This document shows positions 63,018 to 64,000 of a stretch of 64,000 nucleotides of DNA, piece after piece. Under the pieces are notes generated by a model. That model saw only the letters and a list, made by a program, of their open reading frames with translations, was not told the DNA's origin and searched no databases. The stretch's first letter is position 1, and each line of letters begins with the position of its first letter. A program made the translations under genes and the position numbers. This DNA comes from Dimorphilus gyrociliatus (Eukaryota > Animalia > Annelida): the NCBI GenBank assembly GCA_904063045.1, contig CAJFCJ010000006.1:5286408-5350407 (forward strand). The letters run 5' to 3'.

Positions 63018-63081
63018 ATGCTCTCCATGGAGTTCTCAGTATTCGATGCCGAAGCAAGATACGGCTACGAAGACTTTTCAA
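63018..63081 (+). CDS. Probable first coding exon of a gene continuing beyond the window
   Basis: ATG...MLSMEFSVFDAEARYGYEDFS followed by a perfect GTAAGT donor. Product not recognised. Confidence 0.5.
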
Positions 63082-64000
63082 GTAAGTTTTAAATTATAGT
63101 GATTTGTGTGATTTCTATTTTTTTGGCGCTGTGACGGAGTTATTTCGGTCGCATTTTTTTGTCATTGTATTTTATTTTTCTTCGGAGCGGCGCGTTCATC
63201 CTTATCCTATTCTCTCGACAAGTTGCATCGCCTAAGGGCACCACTGTCAGTGAATTATAGCGGATGAGGGATTGGGAGAGGGGAGAGGGGAAGGGAAAAA
63301 AGTTTTATTTAAATAAAATTAGAATACGGATAGGAGATGAAACGCTTAAACGATAAGGGAAGATCGTAGGGGGTTTTCCGAAAGTAGGTTATTTATGACT
63401 CTTCATGCGATCAGTCAGCGACTGTTCTCTTTTTTACCACTTTATCGCTAATAAATTTGATATTGGGAGAAGAGGGGGAGGAGGGGGTGGAGTTTTGAAA
63501 ATGTAAATGTACATCAACACTACTATCAATAGAGAGCAACGATGTGTGAGGTCAGTTGTTTTTTATTTCCGACTAATCATGCCCTTCGAACGATAAAACG
63601 AGCTTTAGGAATGCGCTTCAACTCAAACTTATATAGACAGACGGGCATACACTCAATCTTTCTTTCTTTTGTCTTCTTGTAGACTCATTCTTTCCACTAT
63701 CGTTAATTTTTTATGTTGTTTATTTGTTTATCCTATGTTATTTAGTTATCGTATGTCTCCTGCGTATCGTTTAGATGAGGTCATCTTTCGACTTGATAAA
63801 ATTGCAAGAGTTAATACTGCGCTTTCTTGTGTTCGATTTTTTTTGTATGTGTATGTTTATTTATCTGTGAATTTAGAAAAAGATCTTACATCTTAAGCCT
63901 ATTTGCAAATAGTTCTCAGAGAATATAGTAATGGCGGACAATAACAAAAAAAAAATTGATGAGTAGGAAAAGAAGAAAATACTATCTCACATATGAGAAA

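Overview
This is eukaryotic, metazoan DNA, not prokaryotic. It is AT-rich and very gene-dense, with about 25 protein-coding genes in 64 kb. Most introns are tiny GT-AG introns of 40-110 nt, and several head-to-head gene pairs are only 150-350 bp apart. Manual exon stitching supports, in order: EIF3L (5' part; runs off the left edge), NDUFA6, BLOC1S5, SLC35E1, FKBP8, DDX51, a D-amino-acid/D-aspartate oxidase, 4E-BP, CDK7, BNIP1/SEC20, IQCG/DRC9, FAM184A, an SLC7 light-chain transporter, a decayed Tc1/mariner element, an orphan PAN-like exon, an intronless TRIM-NHL, a candidate unannotated multi-exon gene or pseudogene, a BIR3-UBA-RING IAP, DCLK, MGAT2, CCNDBP1, TOMM7, a CUB-LDLa membrane protein, PHGDH, ACBD6, ALDH9A1, HDAC1, LDB/Chip and the first exon of a further gene. 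The architecture fits a miniaturised invertebrate genome; the annelid Dimorphilus gyrociliatus is my guess, by inference only. I saw no CRISPR arrays, rRNA or tRNA, and no wholly new multi-gene system. The best leads are hidden isoform structure (LDB with LDB2-like and Pro-rich alternative N-termini plus a 42-nt cassette exon, IQCG alternative first exons, a MGAT2 78-nt cassette exon), tandem RFX X-boxes shared by IQCG and FAM184A, CTCF-like motifs at several promoters, and forced transcript overlaps. Gene identities come from remembered family motifs, not database searches; exon boundaries were read by eye.
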